This document shows positions 32,357-42,702 of a stretch of DNA of 64,000 bases, in pieces. A program made the translations under genes and the position numbers. The stretch lies in contig JAZUKI010000010.1 of NCBI GenBank assembly GCA_045643205.1, positions 96,001 through 160,000 of the forward strand, in the 5' to 3' direction. A model generated the notes under the pieces. That model was not told the DNA's origin and did not search any database. It saw only the letters and a list, made by a program, of their open reading frames with translations. This stretch comes from Clostridia bacterium (GTDB lineage Bacteria; Bacillota; Clostridia; TANB77; CAG-508). The stretch's first letter is position 1. Each line of letters begins with the position of its first letter.

Positions 32357-33076
32357 ATGGCGATATTTACTATAGCGGATTTACATTTATCATTAAATCC
32401 TAATATTGATAAGCCAATGAATGTTTTTGGAAAAAACTGGGAAAACTATGAAAATGTTCTTCAGGAAAATTGGAGAACAAAAGTTACAAATGATGACTTG
32501 GTTATTATACCAGGAGATATTTCATGGGCAACATATTTAAAAGATATGTTATATGATTTTAAATATATTGATAATTTACCAGGAACAAAATTAATTATTA
32601 AAGGAAATCATGATTATTGGTGGTCTACTCTTAATAAGATGAACAAATTTTTAGAGGAACATAACTTTAATACAATTCATTTTTTAATGAACAACTCATT
32701 TAAATATAAGAATAAAATTATTGTAGGAACAAGAGGATGGAGTTTAAATGATGATATTGATGGTGAAAAAATGATGGCACGTGAGAACATTAGATTTGAA
32801 CTATCAATAAAGGATGCTCTAAAAAATAAAACAGAGGATGATGAAATTATAGCAATGTTCCATTATCCACCATTCAATGACAACTATATTAAAAATGATA
32901 TTTCAAATGCTTTTATAGATACTATGCAAAAATATAATATAAAAAAATGTTATTATGCACATCTACATGGGGAATCACATAAAAATGCATTTGAAGGAGC
33001 AAAGGATGGAATAGAATACAAATTAATAAGTGCTGATTATTTAGAATTCAATCCTTATCTAATTTGCAACGATTAA
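32357..33076 (+). CDS. Calcineurin-like metallophosphoesterase
   Basis: DLHL, GDISW, GNHDYWW, HYPP, HLH. Confidence 0.9.
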   Translation: MAIFTIADLHLSLNPNIDKPMNVFGKNWENYENVLQENWRTKVTNDDLVIIPGDISWATYLKDMLYDFKYIDNLPGTKLIIKGNHDYWWSTLNKMNKFLEEHNFNTIHFLMNNSFKYKNKIIVGTRGWSLNDDIDGEKMMARENIRFELSIKDALKNKTEDDEIIAMFHYPPFNDNYIKNDISNAFIDTMQKYNIKKCYYAHLHGESHKNAFEGAKDGIEYKLISADYLEFNPYLICND

Positions 33077-33165
33077 AAGCATAAAAATGTAATACAAAAA
33101 TAGTTAATTATACAAAACAGTTAATTAGAAAAACACATAAGATTAAATTTTACTTGAGGAGAACA

Positions 33166-34383
33166 ATGAAAAAAGTTTTAACCAAAAAAGTAATAATTTT
33201 AGCAATTATAGTTTTATTAATAGTAATTTGTATGATTGTTTTTATTAAAGCAGCAGGAAGCAAAGAACAAGAAAACAACGAGATAGACAATCAATACAGT
33301 GACCATAAACCTGTTAGACAAAATACAATAAAACTTGATAGCATAGAAAAAATTATTGCTGATAATGAAAAACTAACTAAATATGAAGAAATGGTTGAAA
33401 ACAATATAGATATTGAGTTTAAGACGCAATATAGAAAAAATGACTCACTAGCAAAAGGAAAAATTCAAATTTTGCAAGAGGGCCAAGATGGAACACAACA
33501 TTCTATAATAAAAAACACATATCAAAACAACCAATTAATCGGACAAGAAATCGTAACTTCTGAAATTATAAAACCTTCAACAGATAAAATTGTTGAAATA
33601 GGTACAGCTGAAAATAGCAATACTTATGTTCCAATCGTTGGAGATGAGTTAGAAATAGTTAGTGCTAATACAGAAATTAAAACAGATAAAAAAATTGATG
33701 CACAAGTTTTAACAACAGTTTCAATTGGAGATATTGTTAAATTAGTATTAGCTCAAGATAATTGGTATCAAGTACAAATCAATGAAATGGTTGGCTGGAT
33801 AGAAAAAACAAGTGCAATTTACTACAATCCTAATAAAGGCGATGGAGATGAAAATTTAATTATCTATTCAAAAGAACAATTAACACAAGGTTTAGGATTT
33901 AGTATGTTGATGAATAAACCTAGTGGCCTAACCTTAACACAATTCAAAAAAGTATTAACAGGTTTATCTGGAGATAAAAACAAAGTAATAGAAGAAAACG
34001 CCGAATATTTCTATTATGCAGAAACACAATACAATGTGAACGGATTGTTCCTTGCATCAATAGCAATTCACGAAAGTGCATACGGAACTTCAGATATATC
34101 TTTAAAGAAGAAAAATTTATTTGGATATCGAGCATATGATAGAGATCCAGGAGGAAGCGCATCAACATTTGCAACATATGCTGAAGGTATAGATTTAGTA
34201 GCGAGAGTTTTAGCAAAATACTATTTAAACCCTAAAGGTACACTAATTTATGGGGGCGAGGAAGCTGAAGCAACTTACTACCATGGCTCAACAATATCAG
34301 CTGTAAATGTATCATATGCAAGCGATAAAAATTGGGGCAATGCAATATATAAATATATAATTTCTTTGTACAATAGATTATAA
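33166..34383 (+). CDS. Membrane-anchored G5 + SH3-like + GH73 glucosaminidase (peptidoglycan hydrolase)
   Basis: N-terminal TM; G5 (LAKGKIQILQEGQDG...IVEIGT); SH3b-like (NWYQVQINEMVGWI); IAIHESAYG, KNLFG, YASDKNW. Confidence 0.85.
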   Translation: MKKVLTKKVIILAIIVLLIVICMIVFIKAAGSKEQENNEIDNQYSDHKPVRQNTIKLDSIEKIIADNEKLTKYEEMVENNIDIEFKTQYRKNDSLAKGKIQILQEGQDGTQHSIIKNTYQNNQLIGQEIVTSEIIKPSTDKIVEIGTAENSNTYVPIVGDELEIVSANTEIKTDKKIDAQVLTTVSIGDIVKLVLAQDNWYQVQINEMVGWIEKTSAIYYNPNKGDGDENLIIYSKEQLTQGLGFSMLMNKPSGLTLTQFKKVLTGLSGDKNKVIEENAEYFYYAETQYNVNGLFLASIAIHESAYGTSDISLKKKNLFGYRAYDRDPGGSASTFATYAEGIDLVARVLAKYYLNPKGTLIYGGEEAEATYYHGSTISAVNVSYASDKNWGNAIYKYIISLYNRL

Positions 34384-34392
34384 TTTATTATC

Positions 34393-34421
34393 TTGCTATT
34401 TTAAAAAAGTTAGTGTAATAT
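34393..34421 (+). promoter_or_regulatory. Sigma-A-like promoter of the pilin-like/ATPase-like genes
   Basis: TTGCTA-N17-TAATAT. Confidence 0.5.
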
Positions 34422-34445
34422 AAATTAATAGTGGGAGGACTAGAA

Positions 34446-34862
34446 ATGAAAAAGTCTATAATAATTTTATCAATAGTTTTAATTGCTGTAAGTTTGCTAT
34501 TTTTAGGAAACTTTGTTCAAGCAACTTCAACTAATAATGGTGAAATAATTACCAATGAAACAAAAAGTCAATTAGTAGATTTAAGAGATAGTGAATTACA
34601 ATCTATGGAAGACTATAAACAAGCTTATGGAAGCGATGTTTTCGGCGTTGTAGCCTATGTTTTAAATAAAATTAGATTATGGAGTATTCCTTTAGGATTT
34701 GTAGCAATAGCTATTAGTGCTATATATCAATATGTTATTGGTATCAAACATTTGGAAAACAGAGATAAAGGTTTAAATTCAATGATAGTAGTAGTTACAT
34801 TATTTGTAATTTGTCAAATATTACCATTAGTATATACTATTATTATTAAATTTAAAGGATAA
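34446..34862 (+). CDS. Small membrane protein with signal peptide and two C-terminal TMs (VirB2/TrbC pilin-like)
   Basis: VQA cleavage motif; TM-HLENRDKG-TM hairpin; CDS secure, family inferred. Confidence 0.6.
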   Translation: MKKSIIILSIVLIAVSLLFLGNFVQATSTNNGEIITNETKSQLVDLRDSELQSMEDYKQAYGSDVFGVVAYVLNKIRLWSIPLGFVAIAISAIYQYVIGIKHLENRDKGLNSMIVVVTLFVICQILPLVYTIIIKFKG

Positions 34863-34907
34863 TATAAGATTTTTAAATTATAAATATAATTTAGAGGAGT
34901 TAAACTA

Positions 34908-37900
34908 ATGAAGGTTCTTTTTGCAGTTAGTGATGAAACTATTTCGCAAAATATAATTAAACAATATCAAGAAGATTACAAGGAAATAATTACAAGTACA
35001 AACAAGTATTTTTTCAATGCAATCATTAAAGAATTGGCGAAAGATAAAACATATGATGCAATTGTTATTAGTGAGGACTTAGAACCAGTAGCTAATAATA
35101 ATTACGATCAAATTGATAAATTTATATTAGAAAAATTAGATGATATAAGCGATGAAGCATCTAAATTAAATGGTGAAGATATTCCAATCATTTTCATTTG
35201 CTCAGATAGAAGAACAAGAAATGATGAGCTTCTAAGAAATTTATTTAGTATGGGAATATATAATGCTTTAGTTGAAAAAGATAGAAATATTCCTGAAGTA
35301 TGTAGATTACTAGATAGACCACGTGTTAAGAAAGAAGCTAAAAAATATTATTTATTAGATGGTGAAGATACAACATATAATGGTGGAAGTAACGCCTTAG
35401 TTAGTGAAGACCAAATTAATAATATATTGAATTATTATAGCCAATTAGGTGGAGCTGTAGATAAATATTCTGAAACATTTGATCACATTGCACAACAATA
35501 TGATGATTCTCAATTAAGACTAATTATAAAATTCTTACCAGAGAATGTAAAAATTGTTTTAGAGAAAAACAATGCAAAATATCAACAATTAGTAAATAAG
35601 GGAACTGTTTTATCAGATGGTTCTTATTCAGCATATCCAAAAAAACAAGAAAGCGATTTAGGAAGCATATATCAACAAGATTTAAAATCACAAAAACTTT
35701 CAAATCCTGTTGTTATACCTGAAGCAATGAACTTCCAAGCTGTTCATAGACAACCAATTAGACCAAATACTCAAACAACTATGGGACAAAGAAGACCAAT
35801 TACACCAATTAATCAACAAACAAGTCAAAATCTTGGAGCACAAAGACCACAACAACCAATGCAAAATAGTCGACCAGCACAAAATGGACAACCAATAAGA
35901 CCAATGCAACCAGGACAAAATGGACAACCAGTAAGACCAATGCAACCAGGACAAAACAATCACCCAATGAGACCAAACCCAAATGGACAAAATCCTTATG
36001 GAAATCAAATGGGTAATCAATATAGAGCAAATGGATCACAACAAGCACAAAGACCACAACCAACACAAAATAGACAACCAGTTAGACCACAACAACCAAT
36101 GCAAAATCCATTTGATATGGGTGGCCCAGCACCAATGCAAAATCCATTTGATATGGGTAGCACAGAACAAATTAATAATCCTTTTTTTAATCAAGCAAAG
36201 GAAGATACACAAAACCCTTTTGATTTAGGATCAGATGAACAAACAACTATAGAAACAGTAAATCCATTTGATTTAGGTTCTGCTGATCAATCTATGGAAC
36301 AAAAAAGTGTTGAAAATTCATCAGAAGAAGAAAAAGATTTAAATATTGATTTTTCTAGTATAGAAGTATCAGATATTACTGAAGATACTAAAATTGAAAA
36401 AACAGAAGTACCTAATATTGAGACAATTAGTCAAATAGAGGAACCTGTTGATGAAATAGACAATCAATTAGAAAACATTGATATAAATGAAGATTCGATT
36501 GTTACTAAAAGTAATGATGAAGAAATTGATGAAAAGAATGAAATAGAAGAAACATTAGATAGATTTTTCGATGCTAATGTTGAAAATAAAGTAGAAGAAC
36601 CTAAAGAAGTTAAAAAAGAATCTGAAGAGGTAGAAACTGTTAAAGAGATAGTCGAAGGGGAACCAGAAGCTGTTGAAGAGATAGTCGAAGAGAAACCAGA
36701 AGCTGTTGAAGAGATAGTCGAAGAGGAACCAGAAGCTGTTGAAGAAATAGTCGAAGAAGAGCCAGAAACTGTTGAAGAGATAGTCGAAGAAGAGCCAGAA
36801 ACTATTGAAGAAATAGTTGAAGAGAGACCAGAAGCTGTTAAAGAAGTAGTTGAAGAAGAACCAGAAATAAATGCTGAAGAATTAATAAATGAAACAACAT
36901 TTGATTTCTTTGATAATAGCGAAGAAATGATTTCTGATAAAAAGTCTATTGAAACAGATAAAAATGCAAACAACCAAAATGTAAATAACAAAAATGAAAA
37001 CATAAATGAAAACATAAATTCAAATGTTAATCAAATGGATATAGCAATGATAGATTCAATGATGGATCCAATGAACATGCCAATGGTAGATCCAATGATG
37101 AATCAAATGAATATGCCAATGATAGATCCAATGATGAATTCAATGAATATGCCAATGGTAGATCCAATGATGAATCAGATGGACATGTCAATGGTAGATC
37201 CAATGATGAATCAAATGAACATGCCAATGATAAATTCAATGAATATGCCAATGGGATATCCAATGATAGATCCAATGGACATGCAAAGTTTTCAAAACTT
37301 CAATATGAATGATTATCAACCTAATGAAGTTAACGGACCACATATAAATGGTTTCGAACAATTTCAAGGTGAAATACAACCAATAGATTATAGTGATGAT
37401 TACACAATTAGTTCTATGAGTTCATCAATGCAATCTCAAGAGCAAGATTTATCAACAATAAGTAATGTTTCTCGTGATGTTGCAGGAAATGGAAAGGTTG
37501 TAGCATTTATAGGTACATCAAAAAATGGAACATCATTTTTAGCAGACAGCGTTGGAATGATGCTATCACAAGCAGGAATTAAAACTGCAATAGTAGATAC
37601 AACTAAAAATAAAAATTCATATTATATGTTTACAAATAGTAATGCTAAATTAGGAAATATTGCTGCATCAAGTATGAAAAAATTAGCAAAAGGAGAAGTA
37701 GCAGGACTTAGCTTAAATCCATCATTAACTGTTTTCACAGGATTACCTGGAGACGTTGATGAACTTTATCTAGATGTTGACACAATTATAGATACATTAT
37801 CAATGAATTTTGATGTTGTATTATTAGATTGCGATTTCAGCACAGATGATAAATACTTTGCAAAAGCAAAAGAGTACTATTTAGTACAAACAATGGATGC

Positions 37901-38363
37901 CTTTACAATTCAACCTTTAACAAGATTTTTAAGTGAACTAAAATTAAAAGGTTTACTTGATGAAAATAAGTTAAGAATTGTAATCAATAAATATATTAAA
38001 ATGAAGAAACTTTCATATAGAATGATTATAGGTGGTTTATCAAAATATAACGAACCAGCAATGACATTACAAAGAGATTTATTTAATCCAAATAATATTC
38101 CTTATATATTGATACCATTTGATGATGAAACATACGAAGCATATCTGCAAGAAGTTGCTATGTGTGATTTTAAATTAAATAATTATTCAGATAATTTCCT
38201 AAATGCATTAGAAAAATTAAAGAATATGATAGTTAGCGAAGAAGAAAACAAAGAAAAAGAGAAGAAAGGTCGCTTCAATAAAAAGACCAAAAATGATAAT
38301 AAGACAAATTACGACAAGGAAGTGCTTCAAGGAACAAAAAACACAAATACATCAAGTAACTAG
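34908..38363 (+). CDS. 1151-aa protein: degenerate receiver-like N-terminus, ~600-aa low-complexity linker, degenerate MinD/ParA/CpaE-type P-loop domain
   Basis: MKVLFAV...YDAIVISEDL...GIYNAL; VVAFIGTSKNGTSFLA, KTAIVD, FDVVLLDCD, LRIVINK. Confidence 0.75.
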   Translation: MKVLFAVSDETISQNIIKQYQEDYKEIITSTNKYFFNAIIKELAKDKTYDAIVISEDLEPVANNNYDQIDKFILEKLDDISDEASKLNGEDIPIIFICSDRRTRNDELLRNLFSMGIYNALVEKDRNIPEVCRLLDRPRVKKEAKKYYLLDGEDTTYNGGSNALVSEDQINNILNYYSQLGGAVDKYSETFDHIAQQYDDSQLRLIIKFLPENVKIVLEKNNAKYQQLVNKGTVLSDGSYSAYPKKQESDLGSIYQQDLKSQKLSNPVVIPEAMNFQAVHRQPIRPNTQTTMGQRRPITPINQQTSQNLGAQRPQQPMQNSRPAQNGQPIRPMQPGQNGQPVRPMQPGQNNHPMRPNPNGQNPYGNQMGNQYRANGSQQAQRPQPTQNRQPVRPQQPMQNPFDMGGPAPMQNPFDMGSTEQINNPFFNQAKEDTQNPFDLGSDEQTTIETVNPFDLGSADQSMEQKSVENSSEEEKDLNIDFSSIEVSDITEDTKIEKTEVPNIETISQIEEPVDEIDNQLENIDINEDSIVTKSNDEEIDEKNEIEETLDRFFDANVENKVEEPKEVKKESEEVETVKEIVEGEPEAVEEIVEEKPEAVEEIVEEEPEAVEEIVEEEPETVEEIVEEEPETIEEIVEERPEAVKEVVEEEPEINAEELINETTFDFFDNSEEMISDKKSIETDKNANNQNVNNKNENINENINSNVNQMDIAMIDSMMDPMNMPMVDPMMNQMNMPMIDPMMNSMNMPMVDPMMNQMDMSMVDPMMNQMNMPMINSMNMPMGYPMIDPMDMQSFQNFNMNDYQPNEVNGPHINGFEQFQGEIQPIDYSDDYTISSMSSSMQSQEQDLSTISNVSRDVAGNGKVVAFIGTSKNGTSFLADSVGMMLSQAGIKTAIVDTTKNKNSYYMFTNSNAKLGNIAASSMKKLAKGEVAGLSLNPSLTVFTGLPGDVDELYLDVDTIIDTLSMNFDVVLLDCDFSTDDKYFAKAKEYYLVQTMDAFTIQPLTRFLSELKLKGLLDENKLRIVINKYIKMKKLSYRMIIGGLSKYNEPAMTLQRDLFNPNNIPYILIPFDDETYEAYLQEVAMCDFKLNNYSDNFLNALEKLKNMIVSEEENKEKEKKGRFNKKTKNDNKTNYDKEVLQGTKNTNTSSN
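36630..36870 (+). repeat. 33-bp coding tandem repeat (EEIVEEEPEAV), about 7 copies
   Basis: gaagagatagtcgaagaggaaccagaagctgtt-type units. Confidence 0.9.
37030..37283 (+). repeat. 36-bp coding tandem repeat (MNMPMVDPMMNQ), Met-rich
   Basis: atgccaatggtagatccaatgatgaatcaaatgaat-type units. Confidence 0.9.
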
Positions 38364-38466
38364 TTATAAAAAATAAACAATAAAAGATAAACAATAATTA
38401 GTTACAAAAAACAGAAAAGTAATTAGTCATAAAGAGTAATAGAATTGTAGAAAAGAGGAAAAGACA

Positions 38467-39576
38467 GTGGCTATAGCTGAATTAATTTTAATTTGTATAT
38501 TAGTAATAATTGTAATAGCTTTAATGGTTGTAAATTACAGAGTACATAATAAGATTGATACTTATACTAATTTAAACCAAAGAGTAACAGGACTTCAAGT
38601 ATTACAAGAGTTCATGGATACAATTGGAGATGATGCAACTGTTGATGAGAAACTTGGAAAAATCAACGATGTTTTAATTCAAAAGTATTCAATTAAATAT
38701 TCAACTATAGTTGTATATGATGGTGCTCAATACAAAATCAGAGCTTCAAATGTTGATCAAAAACATTGGGATACATTGAAAAATCTAGCTATAGACCCAG
38801 TATTTTCTGATAGTATAAAAACAGCTACACCAAAATACATTACAGTTGATAACGACAATGAAAAACTTCCATATCAAAAAATGGAATTTGGAAGAGCAAA
38901 ATGTGCAATATTCTTCCCATTATATATAGATAATGTATACATAGGATATTGGATTATTGAAGGAAGCATTCCTCATGAATTTGATAAGATTGATACAACA
39001 ATCTTAGATGTTGTAAGAACAAATATAGTTACAATATTAAAAGTAGTACAAAATCAACAAACAATTGAGAATATTGTTAGAGATGATATGTACTCAGGAT
39101 TAAAATCTGCAGAATATTTATATGCTGAAGGTAAAAAGAAAATTGATCAATACGCAGAATCTGCTGTATGTTTATTTAAAATAGTAAACTTACCAGAGAT
39201 CAATGAATCCGTTAGTAGAAAAACTGGTGATCATGTAATCACAGCTATTTCAAATTATATCAAGGCAAATTTAGCACCTGATTATGTTTTTGTAAGATAT
39301 ATGGGACCTAAATTTACAATTGTTTTCTCAGGAATAGACATAGAAGGCGTTATAAACTTTATGAATTCTAAGAAACTAGAACTTGAACAATTAAAAGTTC
39401 CTTATGCTGATGATTTTTATAAAGATCAACCAAAACCAGAAGAAACACAAACTGTTTCACCGATGATTAGAGCTGTAATATCAAAATATTACAAAGGAAC
39501 ATCTCTAGATGGAGCATTAAAGAAAATGGAAGAATTCATAGATTCATCTAACACACCAGACATTACTTCAGTATAA
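38467..39576 (+). CDS. Membrane-anchored GAF + degenerate GGDEF protein
   Basis: N-terminal TM; GAF ([15 protein letters not shown]); RYMGPKF replaces RYGGDEF; GTG start. Confidence 0.8.
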   Translation: MAIAELILICILVIIVIALMVVNYRVHNKIDTYTNLNQRVTGLQVLQEFMDTIGDDATVDEKLGKINDVLIQKYSIKYSTIVVYDGAQYKIRASNVDQKHWDTLKNLAIDPVFSDSIKTATPKYITVDNDNEKLPYQKMEFGRAKCAIFFPLYIDNVYIGYWIIEGSIPHEFDKIDTTILDVVRTNIVTILKVVQNQQTIENIVRDDMYSGLKSAEYLYAEGKKKIDQYAESAVCLFKIVNLPEINESVSRKTGDHVITAISNYIKANLAPDYVFVRYMGPKFTIVFSGIDIEGVINFMNSKKLELEQLKVPYADDFYKDQPKPEETQTVSPMIRAVISKYYKGTSLDGALKKMEEFIDSSNTPDITSV

Positions 39577-39590
39577 CAAAGGAGATATAT

Positions 39591-39836
39591 ATGAGTAGTT
39601 TTGACGGAGAAGATTATAGTAATAATGATTTTAAAACAAAAGAAATAATGAAAGATGTGTATAAGGCATTGAAAGAAAAAGGATACAATCCTACAAATCA
39701 AATTGTTGGATATATTCTTTCTGGAGATCCAACATATATTACTAATCACAACGGAGCTCGAAACTTAATTAGAAAAATCGAAAGAGATGAATTACTAGAA
39801 AAAATGGTTAAGGAATATTTAGATATAGATGAGTAG
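39591..39836 (+). CDS. ireB: IreB/ReoM (UPF0297) regulatory phosphoprotein
   Basis: [26 protein letters not shown]. Confidence 0.95.
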   Translation: MSSFDGEDYSNNDFKTKEIMKDVYKALKEKGYNPTNQIVGYILSGDPTYITNHNGARNLIRKIERDELLEKMVKEYLDIDE

Positions 39837-40251
39837 AATTTTAGCTATAGATTATGGAGAAGCAAGAACTGGCTTAGCAATTACAGATCCTCTAGGCTAT
39901 ACAGCACAAGGATTAGAAACAATTAACAATCAAGGAAGCGATAAAGTTATTTTAAGAAGATTAGCTGAGATTGTAGAAGAATACGAAATAAACAAATTTG
40001 TAATTGGATATCCAATTAATATGGATGGAAGTGCCAGTCAAAGATCAGAAAAAACAGAGGAATTTATTCATAAATTAAAATCAAGATTTAATACTATTGA
40101 AATTGAAAAACAAGATGAAAGATTAACGACAGTAGAAGCACACAAAACTATGAATGATTTAGATGTTAATAAAAAGAAAAAGAGAAGCATAGTAGATACA
40201 GTTGCTGCTGTATATATACTAGAAGCTTATATAAATAAACCAAAAGAGTAA
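39829..40251 (+). CDS. ruvX: Pre-16S rRNA nuclease / Holliday junction resolvase-like YqgF
   Basis: [27 protein letters not shown]. Confidence 0.95.
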   Translation: MSRILAIDYGEARTGLAITDPLGYTAQGLETINNQGSDKVILRRLAEIVEEYEINKFVIGYPINMDGSASQRSEKTEEFIHKLKSRFNTIEIEKQDERLTTVEAHKTMNDLDVNKKKKRSIVDTVAAVYILEAYINKPKE

Positions 40252-40347
40252 AGTAATATATTCAAAAATAGCCTAACACTTGATTTATGGCTATTTTTGT
40301 TGTAAAATAAACAAGTATATTAAAAAATCAAAGAGGAGGATTTTCAA

Positions 40348-40914
40348 ATGGCAAATGTATATATGGCAGGTGATTTCAGAAATGGAACAACATTTGAAAT
40401 GGATGGAAATGTATTTAGAGTAGTTGAATTCCAACACGTTAAACCTGGAAAAGGTTCAGCTTTTGTTAGAACAAAAATAAAGAATGTTATTTCTGGAGCT
40501 GTTTTAGAAAAAACTTTTAACCCTACAGAAAAATTCACAGCTGCTGAAATTGAAAAGAAAGAAATGCAATATTTATATGAAGACACAGGAATTTATTACT
40601 TCATGGACAACGAAACATATGAACAAACACCATTAAACAAAGATCAATTAGGAGATGCATTAAACTTCTTAAAAGAAAACATGAATGTTAAGTTATGTTC
40701 TTTCAAAGGAAATGTATTCTCAGTTGAATTACCTATTTCAGTTGATTTAGAAGTTAAATACACTGAACCAGGATTTGCAGGAAATACAACAACAACTTCT
40801 GGAAAACCAGCAACATTAGAAAATGGTTACGAAGTTCAAGTTCCTTTATTTGTAAATATTGGAGACGTTGTAAGAATTGATACAAGAACTGGAAAATACA
40901 TGGAAAGAGTTTAA
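40348..40914 (+). CDS. efp: Elongation factor P
   Basis: [33 protein letters not shown]. Confidence 0.98.
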   Translation: MANVYMAGDFRNGTTFEMDGNVFRVVEFQHVKPGKGSAFVRTKIKNVISGAVLEKTFNPTEKFTAAEIEKKEMQYLYEDTGIYYFMDNETYEQTPLNKDQLGDALNFLKENMNVKLCSFKGNVFSVELPISVDLEVKYTEPGFAGNTTTTSGKPATLENGYEVQVPLFVNIGDVVRIDTRTGKYMERV

Positions 40915-40943
40915 TTCTACAATTAGAAATTAAATAGTATTAA

Positions 40944-41001
40944 AATAAAGAAGGTTAAAATGAAACTACTTGATAGCTTTATTTGACCTTCTTATTTTTT
41001 A
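40944..41001. terminator. Bidirectional terminator between efp and the M23 gene
   Basis: AAGAAGGTTAAA...TTTGACCTTCTT with A and T runs. Confidence 0.6.
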
Positions 41002-41007
41002 TAAATT

Positions 41008-41598
41008 TTAACTAGAACTTTCTATAAAATAATTTAAAGGATTAACTGCAACATCATTAACCTTAATCGTAAAATGCAAATGACAACCTGTTGTAGCACC
41101 ATTAGTAGGATTACCATTTGAATCTTTATAAGGATTATTTTGAATTCCATAAACATTTTTTGGACCTACTGTTCCAATAACCTGCCCTTTAATAACCTTT
41201 TGATTGGCAGAGACAAACATAATAGGAGAAAGGTGGCAATAAGAAATTTTATACATAGCATTAACTAATTGAATAGATATTGTATAGCCGCCTCCAGCAC
41301 CCCATGCAGCAAAGTAAACCATTCCATTATCTATTGCAATAACTGGAGTTCCTTCAGGAGCAGGAATATCAAGTCCAGAATGATAAGTTGAAGCACCAGC
41401 TGTTGGACTTAATCTATTACCAAAATAAGAAGAAATACTAGTATATCCAGGTATAGGCCATTCAAAACCAGAAGTAGATTTTAATTTTGTTCCATCATTT
41501 GATAAACTGGAAAAAGTAGATGTAGGAAACAAAATAAAAATAATTAGAAAGACAAGTACAATAATTGTTGAAAAATAAGAATATAAAAATCGATACAT
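41008..41598 (-). CDS. M23 family metallopeptidase with N-terminal TM/signal
   Basis: HSGLD, YCH, GCHLHF; start moved to ATG 41598 (RBS AAGGAG). Confidence 0.9.
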   Translation of the reverse strand: MYRFLYSYFSTIIVLVFLIIFILFPTSTFSSLSNDGTKLKSTSGFEWPIPGYTSISSYFGNRLSPTAGASTYHSGLDIPAPEGTPVIAIDNGMVYFAAWGAGGGYTISIQLVNAMYKISYCHLSPIMFVSANQKVIKGQVIGTVGPKNVYGIQNNPYKDSNGNPTNGATTGCHLHFTIKVNDVAVNPLNYFIESSS

Positions 41599-41830
41599 AT
41601 AGCTCCTTTTAAAAATAAATATACCAAATAATGGAAAAATAAACACAAAAAGTAATTGAAATTAAAAGAAAAAAGTCAACATAAAGTAACAATAAGCAAA
41701 TTACAAGTTTAATAAATTTTTTTATAGTAAAAAAATCTTACTAAAATTACAAAAATTCACATTAAAAATCGTTGATTTAAATATGGCGGTGTGTTAAAAT
41801 TCAATTATGTTTTGAGTTTGGAGAGTTAGT

Positions 41831-42202
41831 ATGGCAAATAGAGTTAAGAAAGATAGAAGTGCAATTAGAAAAGCTAAAAAAGCTAATCGATCATATTATA
41901 CTAGTAAAGTAGAGATTAATAATGAAAATATTGAATACTTGAATGAACAATCAATACGTCTCGATGTAAAAAAAGTTGCAGAACAAGCTGTCATTTCTGA
42001 TGCAAAAGAAACCAAACAAACTCAAAAAGAAGAACAACAAAGTTTACAAGCTTTGTTTGAAACAAAAAAACAATTAATTCAAAAATTAAAAAAAATTAAT
42101 CAACAAGCTAGAAGTGTTGGTAATAAATTAGTAGAAGTAAAAAAATTAGTAGATAAAGATAACAAGATATTAGATGAAAATGGCGAACTTATTTTAGAAT
42201 AA
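41831..42202 (+). CDS. Hypothetical coiled-coil protein with basic N-terminus
   Basis: RBS GGAG; promoter-like TTGATT-N17-TAAAAT upstream. Confidence 0.75.
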   Translation: MANRVKKDRSAIRKAKKANRSYYTSKVEINNENIEYLNEQSIRLDVKKVAEQAVISDAKETKQTQKEEQQSLQALFETKKQLIQKLKKINQQARSVGNKLVEVKKLVDKDNKILDENGELILE

Positions 42203-42205
42203 AAT

Positions 42206-42610
42206 TTGGAGTTTAAAGTGAATAAAGATAAAGAAAAAGAAAGTTTAACGATATATCATGAAGATATGTTTACTAAACTAAAAAAAGCATTTAAAAAGTT
42301 ATTTAATATTGAAACAGATTCAGAGCCTCAATACAATGCTGCCCAAAGCGCAAAGATGAGACTTTCAAGCGATAAAACAAATTCAATTTTTACTACACAA
42401 AGAAGATTTGAAAAAGGTGAAATTACAGAAAAAGATTTATCAGAAGTTGAAGTTCTAAAAATGACTCAATTATATAATGAACAAATAAAAGAACTTGAAG
42501 AAGAAATCAAAGAAAGAGAAAAAGAAGTAAACGAAAACACTAAATTGTTAAACGAATATTATCAAAAGACAATTTCTGTGCAAGAAAAACAAATAGTTAA
42601 TGCAAATTAA
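42206..42610 (+). CDS. Hypothetical coiled-coil protein
   Basis: Abuts previous gene; start uncertain (TTG 42206 or GTG 42218); terminator follows. Confidence 0.7.
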   Translation: MEFKVNKDKEKESLTIYHEDMFTKLKKAFKKLFNIETDSEPQYNAAQSAKMRLSSDKTNSIFTTQRRFEKGEITEKDLSEVEVLKMTQLYNEQIKELEEEIKEREKEVNENTKLLNEYYQKTISVQEKQIVNAN

Positions 42611-42644
42611 AAAACGGTTAACAGAAATGTTAATTGTTTTTTTT
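42610..42644 (+). terminator. Terminator
   Basis: AAAACGGTTAACA-GAAA-TGTTAATTGTTTT plus U run. Confidence 0.65.
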
Positions 42645-42702
42645 AGCATAGTGAAAGAAAAAAATGTTAATTATTTTTTTAACATAGTGAAAGGAAATAA
42701 AA

